Positions 1-9,635 are shown, counted from the first letter of the stretch. The stretch: 64,000 bases of DNA from Longimicrobiales bacterium (GCA_965204735.1 OZ242008.1:1-64000), one strand, 5' to 3'. Numbers and translations are program-made. Notes: a model not told the origin generated them from the sequence alone.

Positions 1-28
1 CGTAGGTCTTGAGCTCGGGGGTGCTCAC
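1..28 (-). CDS. Possible 5' start of a gene running off the left edge (MSTPELKTY...)
   Basis: Minus-strand GTG at 28 preceded by SD-like GGAG about 8 nt upstream; only 9 codons visible. Confidence 0.25.
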
Positions 29-209
29 GACAGCTTCTCCGCCGGCCCGTGCAGGTGCTCCCGCTCGGCCTCGCCCGACGGATGTCCGGTCCTGCGCCAC
101 GGCGACGCTAGCCAGGACTGGCGGAGCCAACGCCGAGCAACCGAACAGGTCACTCTGAACGCAGGAGGAGACCTTGACTCCGCTACCCCGAACGACCATT
201 GTGACCTAA

Positions 210-310
210 GCCAAGGCCGCCGCCAACCGCCGCAAGCACGGCATAGCGTTTGATCTGGCAGCCGCTCCACGCACTATGAGCGTCGGCAGCACGAGGGGTC
301 CTTGACATGA
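210..310 (+). pseudogene. BrnT-like toxin remnant (internally deleted/frameshifted)
   Basis: 210-263 reads AKAAANRRKHGIAFDLAA (BrnT-type N-terminal K..N..KHGI.F pattern); 272-310 in another frame reads HYERRQHEGSLT* (BrnT-like C-terminus), with TGA overlapping the ATG at 307 (ATGA). Confidence 0.6.
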
Positions 311-390
311 AGTCCGAATACGACTTCTCCCGGGCGAGCGTCGGGAAGTTCTACCGCGAGGGGGCCAGCATTCGCCTGCCGGACGGGGGT
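307..390 (+). pseudogene. BrnA-like antitoxin N-terminal remnant, in frame with the Fic gene
   Basis: MKSEYDFSRASVGKFYREGA resembles the MK.EYDFS...GKFY N-terminus of antitoxins found after BrnT toxins; coupled to the BrnT remnant by an ATGA overlap. Confidence 0.55.
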
Positions 391-471
391 TCCGATCGAG
401 ACGGTGGATTGAACGAACAGGGCGACGGACCATGGTGGTTCCGCACTGTGACCGGTACTGATGTGGGAGCA

Positions 472-1590
472 ATGACCATGGCAACACACTATCGCGAAGG
501 GAGCTTTCCGCCGGAGGACCGCATCGACTGGTCCGCTGTAGTCCCGCTGATCGGCCCGGCGGTTGCCGCGGTCGCCCGATACGACGGGGCGTTGTCCACC
601 ATTCCCAACCCTCGAGTAGTGCTTGCTCTCGTGACGATGCAGGAGGCGATCCTGTCTTGCCGGATCGAAGGCATTGAGGTCACGATGGGCGAGGTCCTTG
701 AGTTCGATGCCGGTCGGGAAGCCGACTCTCCGAGGCGGCGAGACGACATCCGCGAGGTGCTCAACTGTCGTTGGGCGATGCGACGAGCCGATGAGATGCT
801 CAAGGAGTTGCCGCTTTGCCAGCGGGTCGTTCTCGAGACGCATCGCCTGCTCCTGTCGGGGGCACGGGGAGAGGGCAAGTCGCCAGGCGAGTATCGACGC
901 ATCCCCAACTGGATCGGTCGGCCCGGATGCACGATGGAGCAAGCCAGGTTCGTCCCCATCAGCGCGGAGAACCTGCCGGTCGCCATGGGCAGGTGGGAGC
1001 GCTACATCCACGAGGACGCGCCCGATCGGCTGGTCCAGCTTGCCGTCGTTCATGCCGAATTCGAGGCTCTTCACCCGTTCCTGGACGGCAACGGCCGTGT
1101 GGGCCGCTTGCTGGTGCCGCTGTTCTTGTCGGAGCACGGCCTGATCAGCCAACCCCTCTTCTCCATCAGCGCCTACCTCGAGGCTCGTCGAGCCGAATAC
1201 TACGAAGGACTGCTTGCCGTCTCCCGCGACGACGAGTGGACGGGATGGTGTCGGTTCTTCTTGAAGGCGGTGCTGGCCCAGGCCGAGGACAACCTGTCGA
1301 AGGCGAGAGCGGTCCTCGGCCTCTACGAGGAGATGAAGGAGCGGGTGGCAGACGTTACCCGGTCCCACTATGCCATTCCTGCGCTCGATTGGATCGTCGA
1401 GCATCCGGTCTTCAACAGCGCCTGGTTCTCAGCCCATGCGGGCGTCCCAGCCCGCACGGCCCGACGGCTCTTGGCGAAACTGGTCGACCATGGCGTACTG
1501 CGGGTCCTCCATGCCCCCAACGGCCGTCGGGGATCCATCCTGGTGTTTCCAGACCTCGTGAACGTTGTCGAGGGAAGGGATGTCTTCTGA
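472..1590 (+). CDS. Fic family protein (class II, AMP-transferase fold) with probable C-terminal winged helix
   Basis: Canonical Fic motif HPFLDGNGRVGR; N-terminal inhibitory motif SCRIEG. SD-like GGGAG at 465-469 favours a start at ATG 472/478; the frame is open from 307. Confidence 0.9.
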   Translation: MTMATHYREGSFPPEDRIDWSAVVPLIGPAVAAVARYDGALSTIPNPRVVLALVTMQEAILSCRIEGIEVTMGEVLEFDAGREADSPRRRDDIREVLNCRWAMRRADEMLKELPLCQRVVLETHRLLLSGARGEGKSPGEYRRIPNWIGRPGCTMEQARFVPISAENLPVAMGRWERYIHEDAPDRLVQLAVVHAEFEALHPFLDGNGRVGRLLVPLFLSEHGLISQPLFSISAYLEARRAEYYEGLLAVSRDDEWTGWCRFFLKAVLAQAEDNLSKARAVLGLYEEMKERVADVTRSHYAIPALDWIVEHPVFNSAWFSAHAGVPARTARRLLAKLVDHGVLRVLHAPNGRRGSILVFPDLVNVVEGRDVF

Positions 1591-1750
1591 CGGTCACGGA
1601 TGTCCGCGAACCTGGCTTGGTGGCCACTTTTGCCGTTTCGTGGCCGCCCGGTCGGTTTGGCGGTCACGGGTGTCCGCGAAATCGTCTTGGCGGTCATGTC
1701 CGGGATTTCGTGGCCGTCGGGCTGTCTTGCCGGTCACGCGTGTCCGCGAA
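1591..1750. repeat. Degenerate 70-bp tandem repeat with three 20-bp cores
   Basis: CGGTCACGNNTGTCCGCGAA at 1591, 1661 and 1731; the intervening 50-mers share CTTGG.GG.CA and TTTCGTGGCCG. Confidence 0.85.
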
Positions 1751-1807
1751 GCCAGGTCAAGAAGCGCTGCGGCCGCGCCAAGTCCTGGTTGACGAAGCGG
1801 AACGTCG

Positions 1808-3061
1808 TCACGGTCCCAGCGCCCCCAGCGGGACTACTCCCACGCGCCCCTGCGGAACCGCGCCGAAGCCGCTGGGGACGACGACGGCGAGAGCGCCGGG
1901 TTCGCCGTAGCCGCTGCTGGTCCTCATGCGGTCCGCGACTCGTTCCAGGTTGGCCATCCCGTCCTTGACCCGCCGCGCGCCCATCTTCACCTCGAACGCC
2001 GCCCACCTTCCCTCGGCGTCTTCGACGATGGCGTCCACTTCGAGGCCGTCCTTCTCGCGGTAGTGGAACACCTGGGCGTCGGCGGCCTGGGCGTAGACTC
2101 GCAGGTCGCGGACCACCATGGACTCGAACAGAAGACCGAGCGCCTTCAGATCGTTCCGCAGTCGGTTCGGCGTGGCCCGCAGCGCCGCGGCCGCCAGCGA
2201 AGGGTCGGCGAAGTGTCGAACGGGCGTGGTTCGCAGCGTGGTCCGGGAACGCAGATGCGGGGACCATGCCGGTTGATCCTCGATGATCATCAGCCGTTCC
2301 AGTGCCTCCATGTACTCGGCGGCGGTGCTCGCCTTGAAGGACGGCCCTGTCCCGCGCACGTCCCTGGCCAGCGTGGCCAGCGTGGCCGGCGTGGCGACGT
2401 TTCGGGCCAGCGACCGCAGCAGCCTTCCCACCTTGACTGGGTCGCGCCGCTTGTCTTCCAGCCGCTGGACCTCGACGCGCTGCACCTCCGACAGGTAGTC
2501 GCGGTTCGCCCGAAATGCTTGCGCCAAGCTGCGGCTCTGGTTGCCGGGCCAGCCCCCGGCGCACACCAACTCCGCCAGCTCTTGAACCGCGATGTGCGAA
2601 GGCGCCGACCGTTGAGGGCTCCCCGCCAACAGGCCGGCCAGCGATATCTCGCCCGTGGAACGGCCGGTCTCGAAGAGCGACATCGGACGCATCCGCAACC
2701 GCGTCAGTCGTCCGGCGCCGGTGTGGCGGGTGATGTCGTCCGCGGGCACCGCCGAACCGGTGAGGATGAACTGGCCGGGGGCGCCTCGTCTGTCCACGGC
2801 CCGCCGAATGTGGTTCCAGATCGCCGGCTCCGTCTGCCACTCGTCGACTAGGCGCGGCGTTTCGCCTGCAAGGACGGCCGCCGGGTCCAGGTCGACCATG
2901 GCCCGGGCGGCGTCGTCAACGTCCAGGAACACGGCGCTGGCTGCGACCGCTTCGGCCGTCGCGGTCTTCCCGCAAGCCTTGGGACCCTCGACGACGACTG
3001 CGCCGGTGGCGGCAAGCCGATCGGCGAGTTCGGCGTCGACGATTCGGGGAAGGTACTTCAT
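1808..3061 (-). CDS. AAA+ ATPase with DUF4143-like C-terminal domain
   Basis: Walker A GPKACGKT, Walker B LVDEWQ, ILTGS motif, C-terminal FES..RDL...YR....EVDAIVE...AFEVK (PD-(D/E)XK-like). Confidence 0.88.
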   Translation of the reverse strand: MKYLPRIVDAELADRLAATGAVVVEGPKACGKTATAEAVAASAVFLDVDDAARAMVDLDPAAVLAGETPRLVDEWQTEPAIWNHIRRAVDRRGAPGQFILTGSAVPADDITRHTGAGRLTRLRMRPMSLFETGRSTGEISLAGLLAGSPQRSAPSHIAVQELAELVCAGGWPGNQSRSLAQAFRANRDYLSEVQRVEVQRLEDKRRDPVKVGRLLRSLARNVATPATLATLARDVRGTGPSFKASTAAEYMEALERLMIIEDQPAWSPHLRSRTTLRTTPVRHFADPSLAAAALRATPNRLRNDLKALGLLFESMVVRDLRVYAQAADAQVFHYREKDGLEVDAIVEDAEGRWAAFEVKMGARRVKDGMANLERVADRMRTSSGYGEPGALAVVVPSGFGAVPQGRVGVVPLGALGP

Positions 3062-3110
3062 GCCACGGAACTACGCGCTCTTCCTCTTGCTGCGCAAGGG
3101 TTTCAGCAGG

Positions 3111-3202
3111 TCCAGGGGAAGGATCGGCGAAGATTCAGGGGACGATTCGGCGAAGGTTCAGGGGAAGGATCGGCGAAGACCCAGGGGAAGGATCGGCGAG
3201 AC
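3111..3202. repeat. Four tandem 23-bp direct repeats
   Basis: Units at 3111, 3134, 3157, 3180, consensus TTCAGGGGAAGGATCGGCGAAGA; about 50 bp upstream of the AAA/DUF4143 start. Confidence 0.9.
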
Positions 3203-3279
3203 GCCGTGGAGCCCGACGAGCTCCGCTGGCGGCTACGTCCACAGACGGATGTACGAGCCGTCTCGTCGAACCCCACCGC

Positions 3280-6200
3280 TCACAGCGCCGGGCGGCTTCC
3301 CTCGCCGTAGCCGGTCATCTCCAAGTAGCCTTGGCCGACCTGCAGGCCGTCGGGGTCGAACGCGCGGACCATTCCTTCCCAGTAGTGAAGGTTTGCCACG
3401 CGGAGCGACACGTTTTCCTGGGACGGGAAGGCGGCGCGCACGACGATGCGCCCGATCCGGCCCGGCAACGCCACGGTCCACTCGATGGGGTAGGTCGCGC
3501 CGGTGGCTGGGCTGGTCCAGGTCGCGCCGGGAGTCATCGACCATTCTTCGCGCGGCAGGTGACGGGGCGGGTCGGAGGATGTGGCCAGCGTCGCGGCTTG
3601 ATAGTCCGTGCGGCCGTCGGAGCGGCGGAGCTGGAACGCGGTCACGTCGACGCCGTTGTTCATGCGCAAGCTCAGCCAGTCCCAGCCGACCTGCTCGGGC
3701 GCCAGGGGTTCGGAGCTGAACTCGTGGTCCATCCAGCTGGCGCCGGCGACGGCGTAGCGCGCGGCGCCGAGTCGGACGGCCCCGGTCGTGGCCAGGCGCG
3801 GGCGGCTGTAGTACATGCTGGCACGGCCCGGTTCGGCAGACTTGCGGCTGTATCCGTTGGGACCTTGGAACACGACGGGGCGCGTTGGCCGGACGACGAG
3901 CGAGAGGGCCAGCTCCGCCGCATCGTCCGCAGCCGCCAGCGCGAAGCCGTCGTCCTGGAGGTCCAAGCGCCATGGAGAGGAGGTTCCGGGAGGACCGCGA
4001 CTCCATGCGATGGCGACGCGGGAGGCGTTGCCCGATGCGCCGGAGGCCGCGCCGAAGCCGGCCAGGAGAGGGCCGTCCGCGGGGGCGGCCGGGTTGTTGC
4101 TTGGACGGGAGCTGGGCGTCGGATCGGCGGTAGAGCTTGGGTCGGCGGTGGGCGTCGGCTCGCCGGGCGCGAGCAGGCCGGCGCGGTACAGCACCTCGGA
4201 GAAGACGTGCGTGCCTCTGGCGGGGTCGCTGACGGCCATGTGCCCCAGGAGCAACGCCGACGCCGTCCAGCGGGAGGACGGGGCGGGCGCGCTCGTCCGT
4301 GGGGGCGCGTCGCGTTCGGGGCCGGGCGGGCGCAAACCGATCTTGAAGATCGTGAACTGGTAGCCCAGCTCGCGGTCGGACGTGGGGCGGCCCGTCGAGG
4401 CGAGAGCCCGCGCGGACAACACGCCAGTGAAGTACCACCACTCGGTCTTGTAGCCGAAGTGGGGGCCGTGGTCGTCGGGAAACGACCAGGAGTAGTTGGG
4501 GTCTGCCGCCAGCCAGCCATCCGCGACCGCATCCGGCAGGGCAGAAGGCCCGCCCGGGGGATCGGAATCGGACTCCGGCGGGGGCGAGCACGCCGCCAGG
4601 GCCAGGGCAGCCACGGCCGCCGCCACGGCGGACCGCCGCGCGTCCGCGCCCCCTCCGCCGGACGCTCGGAAAGCAGGCCACCAAGACGCCGCAACGGCGG
4701 TCAGCAGCAGGAAGGCGCACTGCTGGGCAAGGCTGAACGCGGGCACGCCGAACTGCACCGTCCAGCCGAAGTAGGCTCGGTTGGTCACGTAGATCAGGAC
4801 TGCGGCCAGTCCGCCGCCGCCCGCCAATCCCAGCACTCCGCCGATGCCGGCCAACCCCGCGCCCTTGCCCAAGTGGAACCGGAAGACTTGGCCGCGGGTG
4901 GCGCCCAGGGCCCGACAGGTGGCGGTGTCCCAAGCTTCTTCCCGAGCCATGACCAGGAGCGACAGGGCCACGCCCGCCGCGGCCACGGCCAGCGCCATCG
5001 CCTGCAGGAGGAGCGTGACCGCGAAGGTCTGGTCGAAGACGCGAAGCGCGTCGGCCCGCAGGGCGCCGTGTGTGCGGACGACGACCGGGTAAGGCGCCGC
5101 CGCCTGCCGAACCGCTTGGACGACGCTTGCCTGCGCGCTGCCCACGCCTGCTCCGTCGCCCGCGCTTGCTCCGTCGCCGGTGCTTGCTCCGTTGCCCGTG
5201 CCAGTCGCCGTCCGCGCCCGTTCGCTGCTCCCGTCGCTGTCCGCACCCGCTCGCCGGTCCCGATCCAGGTAGATCGCCACTCCGTGAGGCGCGCCGGGTC
5301 CGAACCACGCCTCCATCGTGGCCAGGTCCATCGAGACCGAACCTCGGTCCGTGCCGTACTGGTAGTAGACGCCGGCGACCGCCGCCCGAACGGCGCCCGA
5401 GGCCGTCCGCACCAGGATCGAGTCGCCCCGTCCAACCCCCGCTCGGCGCGCCAGTGGCTCGCTGACGGCAACCGCCCCGTCCGCCAGCTCCGCCGCCACC
5501 GTCTCCGAGTCGCCCTCCTTCAGCAGCAGGCGGTCCCTGTATCGCATCCCGGTCGCCCCGGTCGTCCCAGTTGGCCGGGCGTCGATGCCTCGAAGCGCCA
5601 CCGGCAGGTCGTCCGCATAACCGTGGAAGCCCCGCAGCCGGCCCACGGCGGCCACGCCGGGCAGCCGCCGGAGCTGATCCAGCAGGTCGCCGTGCACGCC
5701 CCCCTGGTCGGTCGCGCCCGTCCACGCCGCGCCAGAGACGTACACGTCGGCCTGCATCGTGGCGTCCAGCCAAGCCCGAAAGGTGTCGCGGAAGCTGCCG
5801 ACCATCACGGTGGTCCCCACCAGCATGGCGAAGGCGACCGCAACGCCGGCCACCGCCACGCCCGACGTGTGAAGGCGAACGGGCAGGCCGCCCAGGGCGA
5901 AGCGCCAGCCGAACCCTCGCGAGCGCCCGGCCAGCCGGCACAGCCCCGTCACGAAGGCGGGCGCCGCCAACGCGGTCCACACCATGATCCCCGCCGCCAA
6001 GACGAAGCCCGCGTGGCGCCAGCGGTGGCCTCCGACGGCAAACCACGTCAGCAGAAGCGCCAGCACGGCCCAGCCCGCCCGCCAAAGCGTCTTCGCAACC
6101 GACCGCCAGCGGACGCGCGCGCGCCGGTCGGAGAGCAGGTCGGCCGCCGGGGCAAGGCAGACCTCGGCGGCAGGTCCTGCGGCGCCGGAGATCGTTCCGA

Positions 6201-7344
6201 GCACTCCGCCGGTCAGCGCCAGGAACCACACGCGCGGGGGCACTTCCAGGCTCCGGATCGCCGAGAGCAGGTAGAGGTCGGTCACCGTGCCGCTCACCGA
6301 ATCCAGGTTGGCCAGGGCGACGGCGTACCCCAGAGGCACTCCCAGGGCCGCGCCCGCCACGCCCAGGACGCCCGCTTCCGCCAGCGTTGCGCCCAGGACT
6401 TGGCTTCGAGTCGCCCCCAGGCTTCGGAGCAGGCCGGTCTCGTGGCGCCTTCGGGAAAGGGAGGCGCGCGTCGTGCCGTACACCAGAAAGAGGCCGACGA
6501 AGACCGACGTGAAGGCGAGCGCCGACAGGTTGACGCGAAACGCCGACAGGAGCCGGCGGGCCTCGGCGCGCTGACCCCCGGGCGAAGAAACGAGCGCGCG
6601 GCCGTCCAGTCGAGACGCGAGGCGGCGCCGAACCGTGTCGGCGGGCACGTCGGGGCGGAAGCGAACGTTGACGCGGCTGATCCAGTCGGCTCCGCCCAAG
6701 ACGTTCTGAGCGTCGGCGATGTCCATGATCAGCAGGGGACCTTCGGCCGAAGCGCGGGAGGTCGCGTCCAGCACGCGATCGAGGGCGACGGGCGCCCACG
6801 CCGGCCCGCTGGCCACTTCCACGGTGTCGCCGGCGCCCACGCCGAGGGCGCGGGCAAGGTCGGCGGAAGCGGCGGCGCGGAGCAGGTCGGAGGAGAAAGC
6901 GTGGGCGCGGCCCGGAGTCTGGACGCCGTCCGCCGGCGTGCTTCGGGGGGACTCGCCGGCCGACGACGGATGCAGGGGACCATCGACGGGGGACAGCAGG
7001 TCCACGCCGTACAGGGGAACGCGCCGCCGAAGGTCCTGTTCGCCCGCCCGACGCGCGACGACCGATCCCTCCAGAAGGGGCGAAGCCCAGGCCACGCCCT
7101 CCGTCCCCAAGACGACCGGATAGAGGGACTCGTCCACCTTGCCGCCGTGACCCAGCACCAGGGCGTCCGCGTCTCCCGCCAGCAGCTCCACCGTCGCGTC
7201 GAACGCCGCGACCGCCCCTTCCGTCAACACCTGCACCGTCACCACGGAGCCGGCGCCCAGCGCCACGCCGGCCACGGTCAGAAGGCTCGTCGCGGGCTCC
7301 CGCGCGAACCGACGGCGCAGGACGAAGCGCAGGTACCCGATCAC
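3280..7344 (-). CDS. FtsX/MacB-type ABC permease fused to a C-terminal AttH/CrtC-like lipocalin-fold domain
   Basis: Two permease halves (RRHETGLLRSLGAT, ATCRALGATRGQV) with TM segments; C-terminal part has FPDDHGPH, EWWYFTG, WMDHEFSS, GWDWLSL, YWEG, GYLEMTGY. GTGA overlap with the upstream ATPase. Confidence 0.85.
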   Translation of the reverse strand: MIGYLRFVLRRRFAREPATSLLTVAGVALGAGSVVTVQVLTEGAVAAFDATVELLAGDADALVLGHGGKVDESLYPVVLGTEGVAWASPLLEGSVVARRAGEQDLRRRVPLYGVDLLSPVDGPLHPSSAGESPRSTPADGVQTPGRAHAFSSDLLRAAASADLARALGVGAGDTVEVASGPAWAPVALDRVLDATSRASAEGPLLIMDIADAQNVLGGADWISRVNVRFRPDVPADTVRRRLASRLDGRALVSSPGGQRAEARRLLSAFRVNLSALAFTSVFVGLFLVYGTTRASLSRRRHETGLLRSLGATRSQVLGATLAEAGVLGVAGAALGVPLGYAVALANLDSVSGTVTDLYLLSAIRSLEVPPRVWFLALTGGVLGTISGAAGPAAEVCLAPAADLLSDRRARVRWRSVAKTLWRAGWAVLALLLTWFAVGGHRWRHAGFVLAAGIMVWTALAAPAFVTGLCRLAGRSRGFGWRFALGGLPVRLHTSGVAVAGVAVAFAMLVGTTVMVGSFRDTFRAWLDATMQADVYVSGAAWTGATDQGGVHGDLLDQLRRLPGVAAVGRLRGFHGYADDLPVALRGIDARPTGTTGATGMRYRDRLLLKEGDSETVAAELADGAVAVSEPLARRAGVGRGDSILVRTASGAVRAAVAGVYYQYGTDRGSVSMDLATMEAWFGPGAPHGVAIYLDRDRRAGADSDGSSERARTATGTGNGASTGDGASAGDGAGVGSAQASVVQAVRQAAAPYPVVVRTHGALRADALRVFDQTFAVTLLLQAMALAVAAAGVALSLLVMAREEAWDTATCRALGATRGQVFRFHLGKGAGLAGIGGVLGLAGGGGLAAVLIYVTNRAYFGWTVQFGVPAFSLAQQCAFLLLTAVAASWWPAFRASGGGGADARRSAVAAAVAALALAACSPPPESDSDPPGGPSALPDAVADGWLAADPNYSWSFPDDHGPHFGYKTEWWYFTGVLSARALASTGRPTSDRELGYQFTIFKIGLRPPGPERDAPPRTSAPAPSSRWTASALLLGHMAVSDPARGTHVFSEVLYRAGLLAPGEPTPTADPSSTADPTPSSRPSNNPAAPADGPLLAGFGAASGASGNASRVAIAWSRGPPGTSSPWRLDLQDDGFALAAADDAAELALSLVVRPTRPVVFQGPNGYSRKSAEPGRASMYYSRPRLATTGAVRLGAARYAVAGASWMDHEFSSEPLAPEQVGWDWLSLRMNNGVDVTAFQLRRSDGRTDYQAATLATSSDPPRHLPREEWSMTPGATWTSPATGATYPIEWTVALPGRIGRIVVRAAFPSQENVSLRVANLHYWEGMVRAFDPDGLQVGQGYLEMTGYGEGSRPAL

Positions 7345-8090
7345 GCGCTGGGAGGGGTCGCCCCGAGCACTCCGCTGGCCAGCGTCAGCTTGCGCTGGGC
7401 CAGGCCGGCGGCGTCGGCGCTGTGCGTCGCGTACAGGAGCGTCTTCCCTTCTTCCTCGGCCAGGCCGAGCAGCAGGTCCATGACCAGGGCCGCCGACTCG
7501 TCGTCCAGGTTGCCCGTCGGCTCGTCGGCCAGCAGCAGGGAAGGGCGGCGCAGCAGGGCGCGGCAGATGGCGACGCGCTGCTGCTCGCCACCGCTCAGGC
7601 CGTCGATCCGGTCGGCGGCGCGAGACGCCAGTCCGACGCGCTCCAGCAGCTCCTGCGCCCGGCGCTTGTGCCGCCCCAGGTCGCCGGCGATGCGGGCGGG
7701 CAGCGTCACGTTCTCCTCCACCGTCAAGTGGTCCAGCAGGCGGAAGAACTGGAAGACCATGCCCACGTGGTCACGCCTGAAGACGGCCCGTTCCCGGTCG
7801 CGCATCCGGCTCAGGTCCCGGCCCAGCACCTCGACGCGGCCGTGGCTGGGCACGTCGATTCCAGCCGCCAAGTGGAGCAGCGTGGTCTTGCCGCTGCCGC
7901 TCCGTCCAATCACGGCCGTTGTCGTTCCCGGCTCGAGCGCCAAGCTTGCGGCCTGAAGCGCGGTCAGCGGGCTTCCGCTGGCTCGGGGGTAGCTCTTGGA
8001 CGCGGCCTCGAGCCGGAGCGCGGGCCGGACGGGGGCAGCGGCGCGGGCCTGCGCGCTTGCCGGGACGGGTGCGACGGGGGGATCGATCAT
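7341..8090 (-). CDS. ABC transporter ATP-binding protein (LolD/MacB-like)
   Basis: Walker A GRSGSGKT, signature LSGGEQQRVA, Walker B/D-loop LLADEPTGNLD, H-loop ATHS. Confidence 0.93.
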   Translation of the reverse strand: MIDPPVAPVPASAQARAAAPVRPALRLEAASKSYPRASGSPLTALQAASLALEPGTTTAVIGRSGSGKTTLLHLAAGIDVPSHGRVEVLGRDLSRMRDRERAVFRRDHVGMVFQFFRLLDHLTVEENVTLPARIAGDLGRHKRRAQELLERVGLASRAADRIDGLSGGEQQRVAICRALLRRPSLLLADEPTGNLDDESAALVMDLLLGLAEEEGKTLLYATHSADAAGLAQRKLTLASGVLGATPPSA

Positions 8091-8204
8091 GCCGAAGATG
8101 ATAGCCTGCCCGGAGGGCTGAGCGGGTCCCCGGGCCGTGGACGTTTCGCTTATCTTGATTGCCCTCGTCGTTCCCTTCCCTCCTCGCGACTCCCGGTCCG
8201 CCTC

Positions 8205-9635
8205 ATGTCGAAGCTGCCCTGCCCTGCCGCCGGCCGCCGCCCAGCCGCCAACCCCCGCTCGACCGCACCGTCACGACCGCCCTTCGCGTTCCGTCTGCGC
8301 GCTGCCCGCTGGATCGCCGCCTTGGGCGTCGTCGTCGGGACCGCCGTCCAGCCCGCGGCGCCGGCGTCTGCGCTCGGGGCCGAAGTCGTCGGCGTCCAAG
8401 ACCAAGTCCGCCTGGTCGACGCCGCGGTGGCCCAGGTCCAGGACACGATCATCCGTCTTCGCGAGCACATCCATCAGCACCCCGAGCTGGGCAACCGCGA
8501 GTTCAACACGGCGGCGCTGGTGGCCGACCACCTGCGCGCGCTGGGCTTCGACGACGTGCGCACGGGCGTGGCGCACACGGGGGTCGTGGGCCTCTTGCGG
8601 GGCGGGCGGCCCGGTCCGGTGGTGGCGGTGCGCGCCGACATGGACGCGCTTCCGGTCACCGAGGACACGCCGTACCCCTTCAAGTCGACCGTGCGCACCA
8701 CCTACCTGGGACAGGAGGTGGGCGTGAGCCACGCCTGCGGGCACGACATCCACGTTGCGGTGCAGCTGGGCGTGGCGTCGGTGCTGGCGTCGATGCGCGA
8801 CGAGCTGCCGGGCACGGTCAAGTTCATCTTCCAGCCGGCGGAAGAGGGGCCGCCCCCCGGCGAGGACGGGGGCGCGCGGATGATGGTGGCGGAAGGCGTG
8901 CTTGCCGACCCCGCTCCGAGCGCCATCTTCGGATTGCACAGCTTCGCCGAGATGGAGGTGGGCAAGGTGGGTTTCTCGGTGGGACCCGCGCTGGCCGCCG
9001 TGGACCACTTCAAGATCAAGGTCGTGGGCAAGCAGGCGCACGGCGCGGCGCCTCACTTGAGCGTCGATCCGGTGGTCATGGCGTCGCAGGCCGTGGCCGC
9101 ATTCCAGACGATTCGGTCCCGGAACCTGAGCCCCTTGGAGCCCAGCGTGATCACCGTGGGCATCATCCGGGGCGGCACGCGCTTCAACATCATCCCCGAC
9201 GCGGTGGAGATGGAGGGGACGGTGCGCACGTACAACCCGGACGTCCGGGACGCCGTGGAGCGCCGCATGGGCGAGATCCTGGCAGGGATCACCACCGCCG
9301 CCGGCGGCAGCTACGAGCTGGAGTACGACCGGGGCACGCCGGCCACGATCAACGACCCCGTGCTGGCGGCCCAGATGCTTCCCACCCTGCGCCGCGTCGT
9401 CGGCGAGGACAACGTGCTCGACCTGGACCCGACGATGGGCGGCGAGGACTTCGCCTACTTCGCCAACGAAGTCCCCGGGTTCTTCTTCCGGCTGGGCCAA
9501 GTCCTTCCCGGCGGACGGTCGGGCGGCCACCACACCCCCGACTTCCAAGCCGACAACTCGGCCGTCCCCGTCGGCATCCGCGCCATGACGAACCTGCTGC
9601 TCGACTACCTGAAGACAGGACGCCCTGCAATGTAG
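8205..9635 (+). CDS. M20 family amidohydrolase, probably exported
   Basis: HQHPELG, RADMDALP, HACGHD, FQPAEEG, GGEDF, HHTP motifs; hydrophobic signal-like stretch near the N-terminus; start placed at ATG 8205 (uncertain). Confidence 0.92.
   Translation: MSKLPCPAAGRRPAANPRSTAPSRPPFAFRLRAARWIAALGVVVGTAVQPAAPASALGAEVVGVQDQVRLVDAAVAQVQDTIIRLREHIHQHPELGNREFNTAALVADHLRALGFDDVRTGVAHTGVVGLLRGGRPGPVVAVRADMDALPVTEDTPYPFKSTVRTTYLGQEVGVSHACGHDIHVAVQLGVASVLASMRDELPGTVKFIFQPAEEGPPPGEDGGARMMVAEGVLADPAPSAIFGLHSFAEMEVGKVGFSVGPALAAVDHFKIKVVGKQAHGAAPHLSVDPVVMASQAVAAFQTIRSRNLSPLEPSVITVGIIRGGTRFNIIPDAVEMEGTVRTYNPDVRDAVERRMGEILAGITTAAGGSYELEYDRGTPATINDPVLAAQMLPTLRRVVGEDNVLDLDPTMGGEDFAYFANEVPGFFFRLGQVLPGGRSGGHHTPDFQADNSAVPVGIRAMTNLLLDYLKTGRPAM
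9403..9454 (+). repeat. 52-bp direct repeat copy 1 (inside the amidohydrolase gene)
   Basis: 50/52 identical to 12898-12949 by eye. Confidence 0.9.

Noticed and set aside
1591..1750. Mini CRISPR array (20-bp repeats, 50-bp spacers)
   Set aside because: Spacers resemble each other, repeats are short, and no cas genes are visible.
3233..7956. 1188-aa and 1541-aa ORFs overlapping the ABC genes
   Set aside because: Arg/Gly/Pro-rich off-frame or antisense shadows of the motif-bearing permease and ATPase.
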